A DNA stretch of 64,000 nucleotides from a virus, in IMG/VR virus record IMGVR_UViG_3300035670_012130, positions 42,126 to 106,125 of that record, one strand, 5' to 3'. The position numbers and the translations under genes were made by a program. Shown here piece after piece: positions 46,496 through 59,300 of the stretch. How positions within the stretch are numbered: position 1 is the stretch's first letter; the number at the start of each line of letters is the position of its first letter. Under the pieces are notes generated by a model. The model was not told the DNA's origin, made no database searches, and saw only the letters and a list, made by a program, of their open reading frames with translations.

Positions 46496-47461
46496 ATGAA
46501 TTTACAAATTGAAAACAATATACCAAAAGTAAATATAATTGATGATGAGAATGTTTTATCATTCGAGTTTACATCATATGATAAAAACTATCTCATAAAT
46601 CAAAATGATAACAACATAAGATTATTGCTTAAAAAACAAACTGTTGCAAACTTAAATATTTTAGAAAATTTTATCGAAATAAATTTTGAAAAAGTAATTT
46701 CATATATTCAATTTGTATCTATTAAGTTCAAGTTTGATTCTATTGTAGAAATTGACCCAAATTATATAATTTTTTCAAGAGGCGATAAAGATTATGTAAT
46801 AGATTTTCAAAACACGAAATATAGTTTTGAATCAAATGATACTTTGCTTGTTATTCTTGACAGACCTGACAATAGTTTAAAAATTTCAGAATTGAACTTT
46901 TTTGCAAAAAATTTCAGTGCTCAAAACTTTGAGGCTTTAAATACTAGCAATCCATTTGTAATAGATGACACTTGTAAAATGCCTGAATTTTCAATTGGAA
47001 GTTATGATGATTCTTCATTATCTATTCCAAGACCAGTAAGGCAAGGAAACCCTGTTATTTCCACTGTTCCAGCATTAATAAACTCAAACTCTTCAACAGA
47101 TGATATTGAATATTATAATAATGGAAATGGAGCAGTTTCAAAAACAATTTATTTTAAGATAATTTGCAATACAATTATTGAAAGTACATTATCAGCTGGG
47201 GATCTTTCACCAAGTTTGCAACTAAAAGTCTATCTTCCCAATGGATTAGACACAGTTAAAGCACCAGTGTATGCTGATATGTATTTTGTTTCTGCTGACA
47301 TTACAAATGATATTTCAGTATATTCTGCTTCATATACTTTCTATAAACAGGGCAGATATAACAATATTGATTATGTAGATGGATTTATGTATTTTGATGT
47401 ACATTGCCCATTAACTGTACAAAAATCAATACCTTTCCAGTTTGATTTTCAACTTTTATAG
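46496..47461 (+). CDS. Hypothetical protein
   Basis: 321-aa ORF three bases after the upstream stop; beta-rich composition. Confidence 0.6.
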   Translation: MNLQIENNIPKVNIIDDENVLSFEFTSYDKNYLINQNDNNIRLLLKKQTVANLNILENFIEINFEKVISYIQFVSIKFKFDSIVEIDPNYIIFSRGDKDYVIDFQNTKYSFESNDTLLVILDRPDNSLKISELNFFAKNFSAQNFEALNTSNPFVIDDTCKMPEFSIGSYDDSSLSIPRPVRQGNPVISTVPALINSNSSTDDIEYYNNGNGAVSKTIYFKIICNTIIESTLSAGDLSPSLQLKVYLPNGLDTVKAPVYADMYFVSADITNDISVYSASYTFYKQGRYNNIDYVDGFMYFDVHCPLTVQKSIPFQFDFQLL

Positions 47462-47518
47462 GGGTCGCATCGGCTGGCAAAGAATATTTTAATATTCCCT
47501 GTTTAGCGGTGGTTAAAA

Positions 47519-50500
47519 GTGCCATATAACGTTTCAATAATTTTACCCAACAATCTTACAAGTGGATATCTACAATCTGAATTTATAAATCTGGGAGAAC
47601 CTTATTCTAGTAATTCATATTCTAAAGATCCAACCCTTGACGATAATCAAAATACTCTTACTTTTAGTTTTGAAGTAAGAGATAGTGGCACTCGTGAGCT
47701 TACTTACTTACGAAGAATAAAAACTCTTTATCTTTCAAATGATCCAGAATTTGATCCAACTTCAACCATAGCTATTACAAACTGGCCTTCAAGTTCCTAT
47801 GTTTATGATCCAGATTTTGATTATGAATATACATTAAATCCACTTTACTTTTTTGATAGCACATTAACTCAAGGCACCATGGCAACTCCAGTGGCAGGTA
47901 CTGGATTATTTAAAGTATATAATTGGCCACTTAGTGCTTCAGGTGGTCTTTCTACAGTTTATATGAAAGCTGTCTTGGAAGGACCTAATAGTTCAGATAT
48001 AGAGTATCCTATGGGTTATGGAATTTTTGATCAAATTAGATGGGAAGGTCAAATTCCAGTAAATCCTGATTTTCCAGAAATTCCAAGCGCAAAATCTGGA
48101 TATGTTGGTAAAAATACTTTACTTTCTTTCGTAAGTGGTAATCAAGTAGCAGCACAAACGGAATCTTCAGGAATTGGCAGATATATTGCTAGTGTTTATG
48201 AAATTTCTAACACTGGTGGAACATACGATGCTTATTCCGCACATAACAATGTCAAAAGAACACTTATACCGTCAGCATCGATAGCATCTACTACTTTATC
48301 TACATACAGATATTATGATGGAAATTATTCGTCATCATCACTTTCTTTAGGCGCAAATATTGGTCTTACAAGTGCTAGTTATGGGAAAGGTGCATTTTTC
48401 TATAGCAAAACAAAATTAACACCAAACACAAATAATACTGACTTTTACACACAAGCTGGTTTTTCATTTACAACTTCTGGAGTTGCTGTAACTTCACAAG
48501 CGTTTATGAAGTTGTATGCTGCCCCAGATACAAGTGCCAATGGAAATGAAATTGTTTGTAGAATCGATATTCCAAACAACTCCAACCCAACTACATATCT
48601 CTACACAAGAATTAATGGTACAGATAGCGTAAGCAAACAAACTACAACATTGCCACATAGTGTATTACCATTATTACAATCTGGTGGCGTTATGGAAATG
48701 TATTACTCATCAATGGGTACTACAAATCTTTGTATGGTAGAAGCTTATTACACACCATATTTAGATCAATCTTTAGCATCAAAGAAAAGTTATTTGCTGG
48801 GTAATGCAATACTTACTTCTTTTGGCAGTTCATCTGTTGGTAGCGCTTTCGGTTATCAAATTTCACAAGCTACAGGTTCTACTTTTTCTGGTGGATTAGT
48901 TGTTGAAGAATTATTTTTAGCTCAAGGTAAATCAAAACTATCTATTGATATTGGAGACTGTACTAATGATGATATAGCAATCATTAATTCTCCAGTAACA
49001 GAAATAGAATATGGATGGAGTGATTCTGTAAATGAAGACTTTATTGTTCTCACTGATGCTCCTTCTGCGCTAGCGTTCACAACAAATATCACTTCTGAAT
49101 TGTATGAGATAGATAAATTAGATAGTACAGGCTTATATACAGTTCCTTTACATTATGAACTTCAACTATACAAACCGTCTCTGAGCAATAGATGTAGATT
49201 TGAGTTAGCTTTTAAACACGGATCTGATGACATGTATGTTGCTTTTAGCTCGGTATCTTCATTCAGATCTCACACTCAAAACAACCTTACTGTAAATTGG
49301 GACAGACCTTTTGGAGTAAGATGTGATGATGGTTTTGCTTATTCTGATGCTCCACTCAATGCTCCAACTATTTTAGTAAAGTTTAGCGGGGAAAAGAACG
49401 AAATTTCAGTTGCTTACAGAACTGAAGATAACAAATTAAGAAGACAAGTTTTAAGATCTTACCAACCACAAACTGAAGTTACTAAATTTTTATTTGAAAT
49501 AACAGATCAACTACCAACTTCTTACACTGGTAGATATAAAAATAAAACCGCCACTGGGACATATTTATTAGTCAAAGAAATTACTGGAAGCGGAATCAAT
49601 GTGGTTGGTGTTACTGATATGCTTTTGCCTATCAATTCCAACACTTCTAATTTAGGATATTTTGTAGGATTTGGAGTTAGAAAAAGCTCATATGACAGTG
49701 ATGGTTCAACTTATTTCCAAGATTTAAAATGGTCAGGAATTCCTAATGTTTACAAAGAGCAATTTGATAATGATAGTACTATTAAGACTACACTTTTGTC
49801 AGATGAAGGTTTTACAAATAGCAAACATTATCTCGGGCAAAAATTATTAAGTGGACTTACTGACTTAATTGATTATCAATACGAAACAGCAAACACATTA
49901 CCAAAACTAACACTTGATGCACAACATTATAGTTTCACTGCATTACCAAACTCTCCAACCTATTCATCAAATCGTTTGACTGCTGGAACTGCTGGCACAT
50001 TACTTTTGAATGAAAATTATGTAACATCAACTACAGATTATATTCTTGTAGCTGGTCAAGCAACAACATCTCAAAATGGTGTTTATTATCAAACGAGAGT
50101 TGGAACTGCTTCAACTACCTGGAGATTAGAAAGAGTGCCTGAAATGGACTCAAGTGAAGAAATCTTTTCAGGTATGGTAGTAAGAACACCAATGGATTAT
50201 GATTATGCAAGTACAAAATGGTATTTGACAACACCAGATCCAATTGTTCTTGGCACTTCTAATTTGTCTTTTTCTGCAACACAACCAGTTGTAGAACAAA
50301 TTTCACTAGCAACAACTGGCACAAATATTTCTATTGCCAACATTACTTCATTAACTATTGACGGCACTTCACTTTCCTCTTTAGCAGTTGGTAGCAAAAT
50401 TTTAGTCAAAGATCAAATAGAAAATACCGAAAATGGTGTTTATATAAAATCAGTATCCGGATTTGCTATAACCACAACAGACTATAATGTGCCTTTAAGA

Positions 50501-51871
50501 ATTACTGGCGGAACAATCAATGCTAATACAAATTGGTACAAGTCCGAAGTCACTTTCAATGGTAATTTAGTTGATAGATTTGTAAGCACCACATTCTTCA
50601 AATCTATAACAGTTGGAGAAATATCAAGCTTTGTATCATCGACAAAGCCAAAGTTATTTGAATTCAAATTACATTGGAATGGAAACGATAAATCTTTCCC
50701 AATGGAAGAACTAAAAATAAGATTCTTTGGTAATATTGGGTCATTACCAGATTACAACAATCCATTAACATCTTGGAAATCTGTTTCTTACAATCCTTTC
50801 GTTGCAGGTTTCACTAATAGTCCAAATAATAATTTGGTTCAAGTTAAATTAGAGGACTCAGATTGGAATAGTAATGTATCTCAATCTGATATTGTTTGGG
50901 TAGCAATTACAGTTCCATTTAATTCAGCACTTGGAAGAGCTAATGGCATAGAACTTTCTGATGTAGATTATATCCAAAATGGTGAATTTTCAGGATATAG
51001 AAGAGCAAATAATCTATGGCATAAACTTCACACAAGATATGAAGAAAAAGCAGCAAATGCCACACAAAACAATGCTATTCAATATAGAGTTAGAGCTTTG
51101 TCTCACGGAAATATCTCAAGCTATCCAACTACATTGAGCACTCCATCAAGAATAGATATCAACGCCCCATCATATCTTGGGGATGTGCCTAACATTTTAG
51201 TTGCCACAGAATCTACTTTGAGAATGGTGCAATTATCAATACAAGCAGAAGATAGTGATTCTGGAATTCTAGCGTTTAGAGTTGGAAAAGAAATAGACAA
51301 TTCTTTTATCAATTACACACCTTGGCTTCCTTGGGGCAAATTTATAGTTAGCGGTGAGAATGAATATTATTTATATCTCTATGGTCATTTAAACTACTAT
51401 GCTTTAGGTCCACAAAACACAGCTTTTCAAAATCAAAATATTGGATTTTCTGGTCAAAGAAAAATCTGGGTTCAATTGATGGACTATATGGGCAATGTTT
51501 CTGAATCAAACCCTATTAGTTTTGTTGCTACTTCTCAAGCTTTAGTAGATACACAAGAGCCTTTTGGAACTGTTGCTTTCTTTGATCCTAAAACAAATCA
51601 AGAAACCACAATATCTAACTTGCCCGAATCTTGGATGAAAATTGATGGTTTTGATTTAGTCACTGGTATTAAGGATTTTCAAATAAGAAGATTGTTAGAC
51701 TCTGGAAATGGCTCTTGGTCAGAATGGATACCTTATTCTCCATATGTAAAGGTTAATTTTACAGGCGAAAGTGATGGAGTTAAGAAAGTTGAAATTAAAT
51801 TCAGAGACTTTGGAAATAATATAACTCAACCTGAAGTTAAGTGGAATGCAATTAGGAGACCAAAAGTATAA
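47519..51871 (+). CDS. Large virion/fibre protein with Ig-like repeats
   Basis: GTG start; two LVxxQ...xNGVY fibre modules; two D..SG/TG...W.P[WY]...G.[RK]K.....D..[GN]N Ig-like units. Confidence 0.6.
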   Translation: MPYNVSIILPNNLTSGYLQSEFINLGEPYSSNSYSKDPTLDDNQNTLTFSFEVRDSGTRELTYLRRIKTLYLSNDPEFDPTSTIAITNWPSSSYVYDPDFDYEYTLNPLYFFDSTLTQGTMATPVAGTGLFKVYNWPLSASGGLSTVYMKAVLEGPNSSDIEYPMGYGIFDQIRWEGQIPVNPDFPEIPSAKSGYVGKNTLLSFVSGNQVAAQTESSGIGRYIASVYEISNTGGTYDAYSAHNNVKRTLIPSASIASTTLSTYRYYDGNYSSSSLSLGANIGLTSASYGKGAFFYSKTKLTPNTNNTDFYTQAGFSFTTSGVAVTSQAFMKLYAAPDTSANGNEIVCRIDIPNNSNPTTYLYTRINGTDSVSKQTTTLPHSVLPLLQSGGVMEMYYSSMGTTNLCMVEAYYTPYLDQSLASKKSYLLGNAILTSFGSSSVGSAFGYQISQATGSTFSGGLVVEELFLAQGKSKLSIDIGDCTNDDIAIINSPVTEIEYGWSDSVNEDFIVLTDAPSALAFTTNITSELYEIDKLDSTGLYTVPLHYELQLYKPSLSNRCRFELAFKHGSDDMYVAFSSVSSFRSHTQNNLTVNWDRPFGVRCDDGFAYSDAPLNAPTILVKFSGEKNEISVAYRTEDNKLRRQVLRSYQPQTEVTKFLFEITDQLPTSYTGRYKNKTATGTYLLVKEITGSGINVVGVTDMLLPINSNTSNLGYFVGFGVRKSSYDSDGSTYFQDLKWSGIPNVYKEQFDNDSTIKTTLLSDEGFTNSKHYLGQKLLSGLTDLIDYQYETANTLPKLTLDAQHYSFTALPNSPTYSSNRLTAGTAGTLLLNENYVTSTTDYILVAGQATTSQNGVYYQTRVGTASTTWRLERVPEMDSSEEIFSGMVVRTPMDYDYASTKWYLTTPDPIVLGTSNLSFSATQPVVEQISLATTGTNISIANITSLTIDGTSLSSLAVGSKILVKDQIENTENGVYIKSVSGFAITTTDYNVPLRITGGTINANTNWYKSEVTFNGNLVDRFVSTTFFKSITVGEISSFVSSTKPKLFEFKLHWNGNDKSFPMEELKIRFFGNIGSLPDYNNPLTSWKSVSYNPFVAGFTNSPNNNLVQVKLEDSDWNSNVSQSDIVWVAITVPFNSALGRANGIELSDVDYIQNGEFSGYRRANNLWHKLHTRYEEKAANATQNNAIQYRVRALSHGNISSYPTTLSTPSRIDINAPSYLGDVPNILVATESTLRMVQLSIQAEDSDSGILAFRVGKEIDNSFINYTPWLPWGKFIVSGENEYYLYLYGHLNYYALGPQNTAFQNQNIGFSGQRKIWVQLMDYMGNVSESNPISFVATSQALVDTQEPFGTVAFFDPKTNQETTISNLPESWMKIDGFDLVTGIKDFQIRRLLDSGNGSWSEWIPYSPYVKVNFTGESDGVKKVEIKFRDFGNNITQPEVKWNAIRRPKV

Positions 51872-54837
51872 TGGTGCCAACAATTTTTACAGCTAGTTGT
51901 TCTTGGAAAGGTCCTAACGATAGCGAAAAAATATTATACTTTTCTGGTATCACAAAGAAAAGATTTACTAACATATCTTTAGTTGATAGTTTAGATCCTG
52001 CTTATGCTGCTGGAACTGCTTTTAAATTAGTTGGCACCAATCCAGAAGATTTAGGAAGAGTCTATAAAGTAAATTCACAAGATGAACTTACTGTAAACTC
52101 TTCTGTAAATTATGGCGTTGATGATTACAAGAACTATCTTATTTTTGAAACTCCAATCACTGCTTCAACTATCAATGTGGTTTTAGAAAAATATTATGCT
52201 TCAATTCACACAGCTAATCTTGTGTCATTTGAGAAGATAATTGATTTTTCTAATCAAGGTGAAAGAGCAATCACATCAATGGTTGCTTCTGATGATGGTA
52301 TTTATTTAGCTGGTGTGTCAGGAAAAATTTGGTTCTATAATGGTGAATATATTAGTGGGCCAATTTTTATTCTTCAAGAAAACAGTGTAAATTTATCTGC
52401 TTCTACGATGATTACACACAAATTTGAACACGAAACTGAGCCTTATTTGTATGTTGCTTCTGACCAACTACCAAGATTGTTTAGAGCAAAATTAAGTACA
52501 GCATATAGTGGCAGTCAATGGGAACAGGTATATCCTTTTGGAGAATTAGCTGCAGCATCTGGTGGAATTCTTTCAATGGTTTCTGCTTATAATAAATTGT
52601 TTTTGGGAAGCTTTAATAAAAAAGTACACAGATATTCCAGAACTCTCACACTCTCATTATCAGAACCAACAAATTTAATCACAGAAGAAGTGATTGTCAA
52701 AGAAACTGAAACTGAAACTTTAGAAACTTCAACAATTATTTCGAACAACATCACTGATTATGAAGCTTCTGATTTTGGGATTAGATGTTTAGCAGTGGGC
52801 AAGAATCAAGTTTTAGCTGGTATTGATAAGAAGCCAGAAGTTTGGGCATACAGTGAAATACCATTATCAAACCCAGAAACTGATGAAAGTTGGACTTCGA
52901 TCGTATTTGACGAATTGTTTATGAACGATCCAGCTCCAGCACAGTTTTATTCATATGATAGCAACACCTTGTCAAGAAATGATGATAATGTTGGTATTGC
53001 TAGATTTCCAAAAGAAAACAATCATCAACAATATAATGAATTTCTTGTCATCAAGGGTAATACAGTTTCTTCCACTGGTGCTACTGCTTATGGCTCAAGA
53101 CTTTATGAAATTTCTGAAGGTTCTGATTGGGAACAACTCTTACGTGAAAATTTACCAAGTCAAGATTTTATCAATGTAAAATGTGCATCTTGGGAAGCGA
53201 TATCAAGTTGGAATAATTTTACTTCTCTTGATGGACATGATTTGGTAATTAATGACTTGTTCTTACTTAAAGATCAAACAGTATCTGGTACTAATGGAAT
53301 TTACAATGGTATTTATGTTTACAATGGAGTTAACAACACTCCGTCGTTAGTAAATATTACTCAGTATATTGTTTCAGGAAGTTCAGTTTTAGGATTTTAT
53401 ATAGAAACAGGATATATAAATACAGGCAATAGATATTTATTGAATTATTCTAACTATTTATCATCTGGTAATTTTGTAGTGAATAAGCCTAGCTACACTT
53501 TTGAAGCTAAAGTTATAAACTTAAATACAAGTCAAGCAGCAACATCTTCTGATTTGCGAAACGAAACAACCTTAAATAGTTTAGAACAAATTCCCATAAA
53601 TTCTCTCGCTGGTTATCAAGGTTTTCAAATAGCAGATCTTTATGGTCAATATTCTATAGAATTCAATTCCACAACATTGAAATTATCTAGTGGTATGAAT
53701 TCTGTGGAAAAAACTTTGACAACTACAGGTTTAGTGGCGGATTGGCAATTTTACTCTGTCAATAATGGAACAATTTCTTCAGACGAACAATCTTGGACAA
53801 TTGGTAAATTCATTACAGAACTAACAGCAACAACAGAAACTAATTATGATATTTTCAATGACCCTTATGATAAATATGTCTTGAAAATAACTCCAGCATT
53901 AACTGGTAATCCTTGTATTGTAATTGATAATTTAAGTTTAGAAGTAAATTTAAATTCTGTAATTATAATTAGATTTAAAGCAAAACCAAAAGCAAAAACA
54001 CTGTGTCTTGGAAAAATTAAAGCTTATTGGGCATATGAAGGCGGTATTTTCAATATTAGTGCAGAAACAGCAATGCACACATCTAATGAGTATATCCAAT
54101 ATAAAATTTCACCAATTTGGAAAGGCACTATTGGAAAATTACAAATAGAATTCTCAGATTTACCAGAATATAATGATAGACCTGATGAGATTGTAATTGA
54201 CTTGATACAAATTCAATCAAACGAAGATGTATTTGATATCAATAATAAACTTTCTAAAATTAGATGGATCGTAGAAGACAGAGATATAAAAATTTATCTA
54301 GGCCAGCAAAAGAATCCATTTATTGAAAAGAAAAACTTCATATCTTTAGATACCTACAGTTCAAAATATTTAGATGCTACAGCCAATTCTTACGATTATG
54401 ATCATCCATATATTCAATTTGGAAAGTTGAATAATGATGCTGGTGATTCTTTAGTCGGCTATTCAGATATCTCTTTCATTATTGGCGAAACATATGAGCC
54501 TACAAATGCTAAGGTAATTGATTTTAATCAATCTGTAGTACTTCCTTCTACAGGTGGAGTCAGGTTATTCACTTACCACGATGGAACATTATATTGTGCT
54601 ACTGATGGATTTATAAGCGACAAAATTTCTGAAAATCCTAACGATAGACAAAGTAAGATTTTCTATTACAACTCAAATGCAGAAAGTTGGTTCTTGGAAG
54701 ATATTACTTTTGAGAGAAAAAAAGTATTTGACAATGCTGGTAATTATACTTTGTATGGCGTTATAAGACCATTGACAGCAATTAGTTATAAGGGCAAATT
54801 GTTCTTGAGCGGACACTACGGAAATATTAAACCATAA
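51871..54837 (+). CDS. Virion protein with an interrupted beta-propeller and a fibre module
   Basis: [49 protein letters not shown] blades; [14 protein letters not shown]. Confidence 0.55.
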   Translation: MVPTIFTASCSWKGPNDSEKILYFSGITKKRFTNISLVDSLDPAYAAGTAFKLVGTNPEDLGRVYKVNSQDELTVNSSVNYGVDDYKNYLIFETPITASTINVVLEKYYASIHTANLVSFEKIIDFSNQGERAITSMVASDDGIYLAGVSGKIWFYNGEYISGPIFILQENSVNLSASTMITHKFEHETEPYLYVASDQLPRLFRAKLSTAYSGSQWEQVYPFGELAAASGGILSMVSAYNKLFLGSFNKKVHRYSRTLTLSLSEPTNLITEEVIVKETETETLETSTIISNNITDYEASDFGIRCLAVGKNQVLAGIDKKPEVWAYSEIPLSNPETDESWTSIVFDELFMNDPAPAQFYSYDSNTLSRNDDNVGIARFPKENNHQQYNEFLVIKGNTVSSTGATAYGSRLYEISEGSDWEQLLRENLPSQDFINVKCASWEAISSWNNFTSLDGHDLVINDLFLLKDQTVSGTNGIYNGIYVYNGVNNTPSLVNITQYIVSGSSVLGFYIETGYINTGNRYLLNYSNYLSSGNFVVNKPSYTFEAKVINLNTSQAATSSDLRNETTLNSLEQIPINSLAGYQGFQIADLYGQYSIEFNSTTLKLSSGMNSVEKTLTTTGLVADWQFYSVNNGTISSDEQSWTIGKFITELTATTETNYDIFNDPYDKYVLKITPALTGNPCIVIDNLSLEVNLNSVIIIRFKAKPKAKTLCLGKIKAYWAYEGGIFNISAETAMHTSNEYIQYKISPIWKGTIGKLQIEFSDLPEYNDRPDEIVIDLIQIQSNEDVFDINNKLSKIRWIVEDRDIKIYLGQQKNPFIEKKNFISLDTYSSKYLDATANSYDYDHPYIQFGKLNNDAGDSLVGYSDISFIIGETYEPTNAKVIDFNQSVVLPSTGGVRLFTYHDGTLYCATDGFISDKISENPNDRQSKIFYYNSNAESWFLEDITFERKKVFDNAGNYTLYGVIRPLTAISYKGKLFLSGHYGNIKP

Positions 54838-56354
54838 TGAGCGAAGATTTAAGAAATACATTCATAGCTTTCAGTGGTGCTAGTCCTGGAATTTCAACAA
54901 GTTTAACAAATCTATCTTACACCTCATTTGATGGAAAAAGGATTTACTTAAACTTTGAAGACATAGATAGCACTGGTCTTGAACCTGCCACTGGATTACA
55001 ATTAAGATTTTCTGTAACAAAAAAATTTGGAGCCATTGCGGCTACTGTAACTCCATCATCTACCTTTATTGATGCTAGTTCACCTAAGACTTTGCAGTTG
55101 ATTTTAGCAGATTCAGACAGAATTGTAGATTATTCGTATAATGGTAGTGGAGTAGCCTTAACTGCTCAAACAGTTTTTGTTTCTTATGACGCAACTGGAT
55201 TTGGCAGTACAGTTACAAAATTATCTGACAACGATACACAAAAATCATATGTAACATCATTTACAGGTGTTGGGATTACAAATCTAACTAAAGAGGCTAA
55301 TCCTCCTGTATACAATTATTCAACCACAAGTACAGACGGAACAAAAGTCTATGTTTATTACACAGAGGCTACTCCACCCCTTTTACCAACTACAAGTATA
55401 AGCGGTTTCGCTGTAAGTCAAAATAGTTCAGGCATTGCAATTTCGAATGCTTATGTTTTAGATCCCACAAGTGCTACAAATGGCAAAGTTATTGTTCTTG
55501 AATTGAACTCAAGACTAGGTGTAAACGATGGTACAAATCCAGTTACTTTAACTTACACACAACCAGCGTCAGATTTTTACAAGATTAAAGATAGTACTGG
55601 AACTGGTTTGACATATGCAGTATCGTTTGCTGGTAGTGCTGTTACTAACCTTACAAGCACAACATTTTTACCAAGAATTACGCAAGCATATACCGGAACT
55701 GGAGTTTCTGGAAATATTATATATGTTCGAATGTCTACTACTACAACACCAGAATCTCCATCTGGATTAGGGGTATCATATTCAGGAGTTGCTAAAACAA
55801 TTTCAAGTATCGGAGCTTCTGCTTTATTATTCAGTGGATTAGCAACAACAGTATATCTTCTTACGATGTCTTCATATTTTGATCCAGAAGATGTTATTAC
55901 TGTAAATTACACTCAACCAGAATCCAATTTTATTACAGATACAACTACAAATGAAAATAAAGTTGCAAGTTTAATAGCCCCTATCAAAGCTACGAACAAT
56001 TTGACTGACACTATTGCTCCGACTTTAGATGCTGCAAATAGTTATATTGACAAAAATGGGCAAGATATTTACCTAAAATTTACAGAAAATAATTCAAGAC
56101 CTATGTTGCCAGCTACAGGAATATTAACTTTTGATGTATCTATAGATGGTCAATACACTCCTATAAAATCAGCAACTGGTTTGGGAATTACTTTTTCTAC
56201 AGATGTGAAATTATCTCTTTACAATAAAATAAATTTTAACAGCATAGTAAAAGTTGGTTATAGTGGGGACGGCGGAGCTGCAGCATTGAAAGATAGTTCT
56301 AATAACTTTGTTGCAAATTTTGAACCGCTTTTGATATCAAATTATGGCGTATGA
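54837..56354 (+). CDS. SwmB-repeat-like (Ig-like) adhesin protein, about 4 repeats
   Basis: Repeats DGKRIYLNF / DGTKVYVYY / GNIIYVRM / NGQDIYLKF, each ending VxVxY...D...N.V..F....N. Confidence 0.65.
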   Translation: MSEDLRNTFIAFSGASPGISTSLTNLSYTSFDGKRIYLNFEDIDSTGLEPATGLQLRFSVTKKFGAIAATVTPSSTFIDASSPKTLQLILADSDRIVDYSYNGSGVALTAQTVFVSYDATGFGSTVTKLSDNDTQKSYVTSFTGVGITNLTKEANPPVYNYSTTSTDGTKVYVYYTEATPPLLPTTSISGFAVSQNSSGIAISNAYVLDPTSATNGKVIVLELNSRLGVNDGTNPVTLTYTQPASDFYKIKDSTGTGLTYAVSFAGSAVTNLTSTTFLPRITQAYTGTGVSGNIIYVRMSTTTTPESPSGLGVSYSGVAKTISSIGASALLFSGLATTVYLLTMSSYFDPEDVITVNYTQPESNFITDTTTNENKVASLIAPIKATNNLTDTIAPTLDAANSYIDKNGQDIYLKFTENNSRPMLPATGILTFDVSIDGQYTPIKSATGLGITFSTDVKLSLYNKINFNSIVKVGYSGDGGAAALKDSSNNFVANFEPLLISNYGV

Positions 56355-59300
56355 TAACTACGGTTTTTTCGATCCTAAATATTGGAATGAAGCACTAAAC
56401 AATCGCACTTCTATAGGATACGAAATTGAGGATGAAACAACAGATATCTTTGTCAAATCTGAATTCTATCCTAATGCCAGTGTTATTTATGATACTGTTC
56501 CACCCAAAGGCATTTTGATATTAAACAGAAAAGCAGACGATGTTGATCCTGGTATAAAAGTCCATTATTTTTCTGGTACTGGATATTCTTCAATAACTAC
56601 AGAATACACAGATACAACATCTTCATATTCATTTATTCAAACTGTAAATGCTTTTAAAATAGTATCTGATAAAGATCAAAACATATCAACAATTTATATC
56701 AATCTTAAAAAAACTGGAAATATAGTTAATCTTGGCGATAGAATAAATGTTGCAATATACACTCATGATGCTACAAATGATGCACCTTCAACATTACTAG
56801 GTTCTTTTTCAAGTATCCAATTTAATGATTTGACAACGTCTTTTGATTCATATTCATTTTCAAATACAGGTTTGACTTTAACTGCAGATACTACTTATTG
56901 GATTTATATCACTTTAGATAATTTACCAATGTCCACTATTGGCTCAGCTACAATTGATATTGCTAATTTTTCCAATAATAATTCTGAATTCGCTTACTAT
57001 GATTCTGATAATTTGACATGGATTAGAATAGCTAATACTTCACCATATTATAAAATCACTGCATTTAATACAACATCAGCAGAACTTTCTTCTAAAGACT
57101 ATTTACTTGATATATTTGAAGTACCATTGAAAGAAGTATCTGTTTATGGCGGTAGTTCTGATCTTTCTAAATATGAAGTTATTGGAAATGATCAAGCTAA
57201 TTATGTTTACAAAAAGTTTAATCCTGTTTATAGTGATCCTACAAATTCTGCTAACAATATTTATCCAACAGTCACAAATTTAATTGTTGGAGCTACTGCT
57301 AAAAATACTAAAACATATATCCTTCAAGTTAAAAAAACTCAAACTTCAGAATGGGAAGATATTGTTGAAAATATTGCTGATCCAGAAACAACAGATTACT
57401 TAAGCTTTACTTTTACAACTCCACTGTCTCTTTATGCAGCTAGAATTGCTTATCATGGAGATTATTTCACTATAGATCAAAGAGGAGACATTACTCTTGC
57501 GGCTTATGATCAATTTTCAGATGTTGTTTCAGCTCAAGTTTCAAGGTTTTCAGACTTCAGAGACGCTACTTCTTTTCCAAACGCTGATTCAAAAGGGTTT
57601 ATAGATTTTTCAGCTGGCGAAACAACTTATACCAATATTGACTTAACAAATGCTGCTTATTTGTGGTCGAAAAAGACCGGAAATGCTTCATCTGAAATAA
57701 CTGCTATTGCTTCGTTCAATGACAAGATATTAATTGCAGCAAATCATAAAATGTTTGTTTACAAGAGTGGTGAAGTTTATGAAATATTAAATGAATCTCT
57801 TGTAGGAGAAAAGTATCAAATCACTTGTATCCACGTATTTAATGGCAGAGCTTATGCTGCAACCAATTATGGCTTAGTATTCACATCTTTTAATGGTGAA
57901 TTTTGGAGTGTTATAAACGCAAAAGATCCTTTATCTACCACAAATTATAAGTTGTTAAAACCTATTATTTCTATGACATCTTTGGGAAACAATCTTTTCT
58001 TTGGATCTACTAAAGGTTCTACTAGTTCGTGCTCTGTTTATCAATACAATGGTAAAGCAATCACAGAACTCAAAACTTTCTCTTCTTTTGATCAAGTTTC
58101 TGCTATTACTGCTAAAGAATTTACTCTGTATGTTGGTGTTGGAGGAGCTTATGGTAGTGGAGCATCAGCAATTTATAAATATTACAACGCTGAATGGGTG
58201 CAAACATTATCGTCCAACTTTGACAATGTTGAATGTATAGCTAAATCTTCTACTAGAAATTCTGTTTTGGTAGGGTTTAGGGGTGGTCAAATTTGGGAGT
58301 TATCTTTTACAAATGCAACAGCTAATTCTTGGGCTAAACTTTATGACACATATGCTGATCATATTTTTAGTATATACGATGATACAAATGCTAATTATAT
58401 TTATGTTAGCACTGACAATGGAACTTATGGATATTTTAAGTCAATAAATGGTTTCAAGAAAATTGTTTCCTATTCATATGATACTAATTTATTAAACTCG
58501 ACTTGGAGATCTTACACTGGTTCTGGTATTACTTGGACTGATCTTGGGGACATTGAAAGTTATAATTTTATTGCTTATAGAGGACAAACAGAAGCGATAA
58601 ATTATACAGGAGCTATAGGTAGTTCATTTATTCCACCCACCGGATTTACAAATAGTTCTATCACTTATGAAGGTGCAGTTTTAGCTTCAAAAGATGGTGC
58701 TCTATCATTTAGAATTGATAGCAGTGTTGGATATAATTTGTTTGTAAACGATACTTTGCAAATAAGTAATTACAATCAATCGACAACATTATCAACACTT
58801 TACTCTGCAAATGCTTTTAACGTACTTGAGGGTGATATATTAAAAATAAAGCTTCAAACTACTAATAATGTTGGTTCTGGAACTACTTTTCAATTTTTAT
58901 GGCAAAAGAATACTGGAGAATCATTTGAAGCGATTCCATCCTCACAATTTTATGGTTCAAGTAAGATAAAATCAGTATCAGCAATTGGAAATACATTCTA
59001 TGGTGCTGGCATGGATGGTAGCGTTTACGAATTTACCACTACACCATATGAAAATAATGATAGATATATTTATGCTAGATTTAAAGATCAAGCTGGGAAT
59101 ATTCAAGGCGTATCTCTACCAGCACATTCAAACGGTTTCCCTGTAATCAATGACAGAATGATTCAAGTGGCTAATACTGCTAACAATACTAGTTCTTTTA
59201 TTCAATACACGAATACCACTATTGTTTCTAACTCCAATACTACAATTAATCCTGTAACTGGCAATACACAAAATAATCAAACCAATAACCCCACACAAGG

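Noticed and set aside
47461-47518. 5' end of a tmRNA or tRNA (starts GGGGTCG)
   Set aside because: The gap is under 60 bp and has no T-arm or matching acceptor stem.
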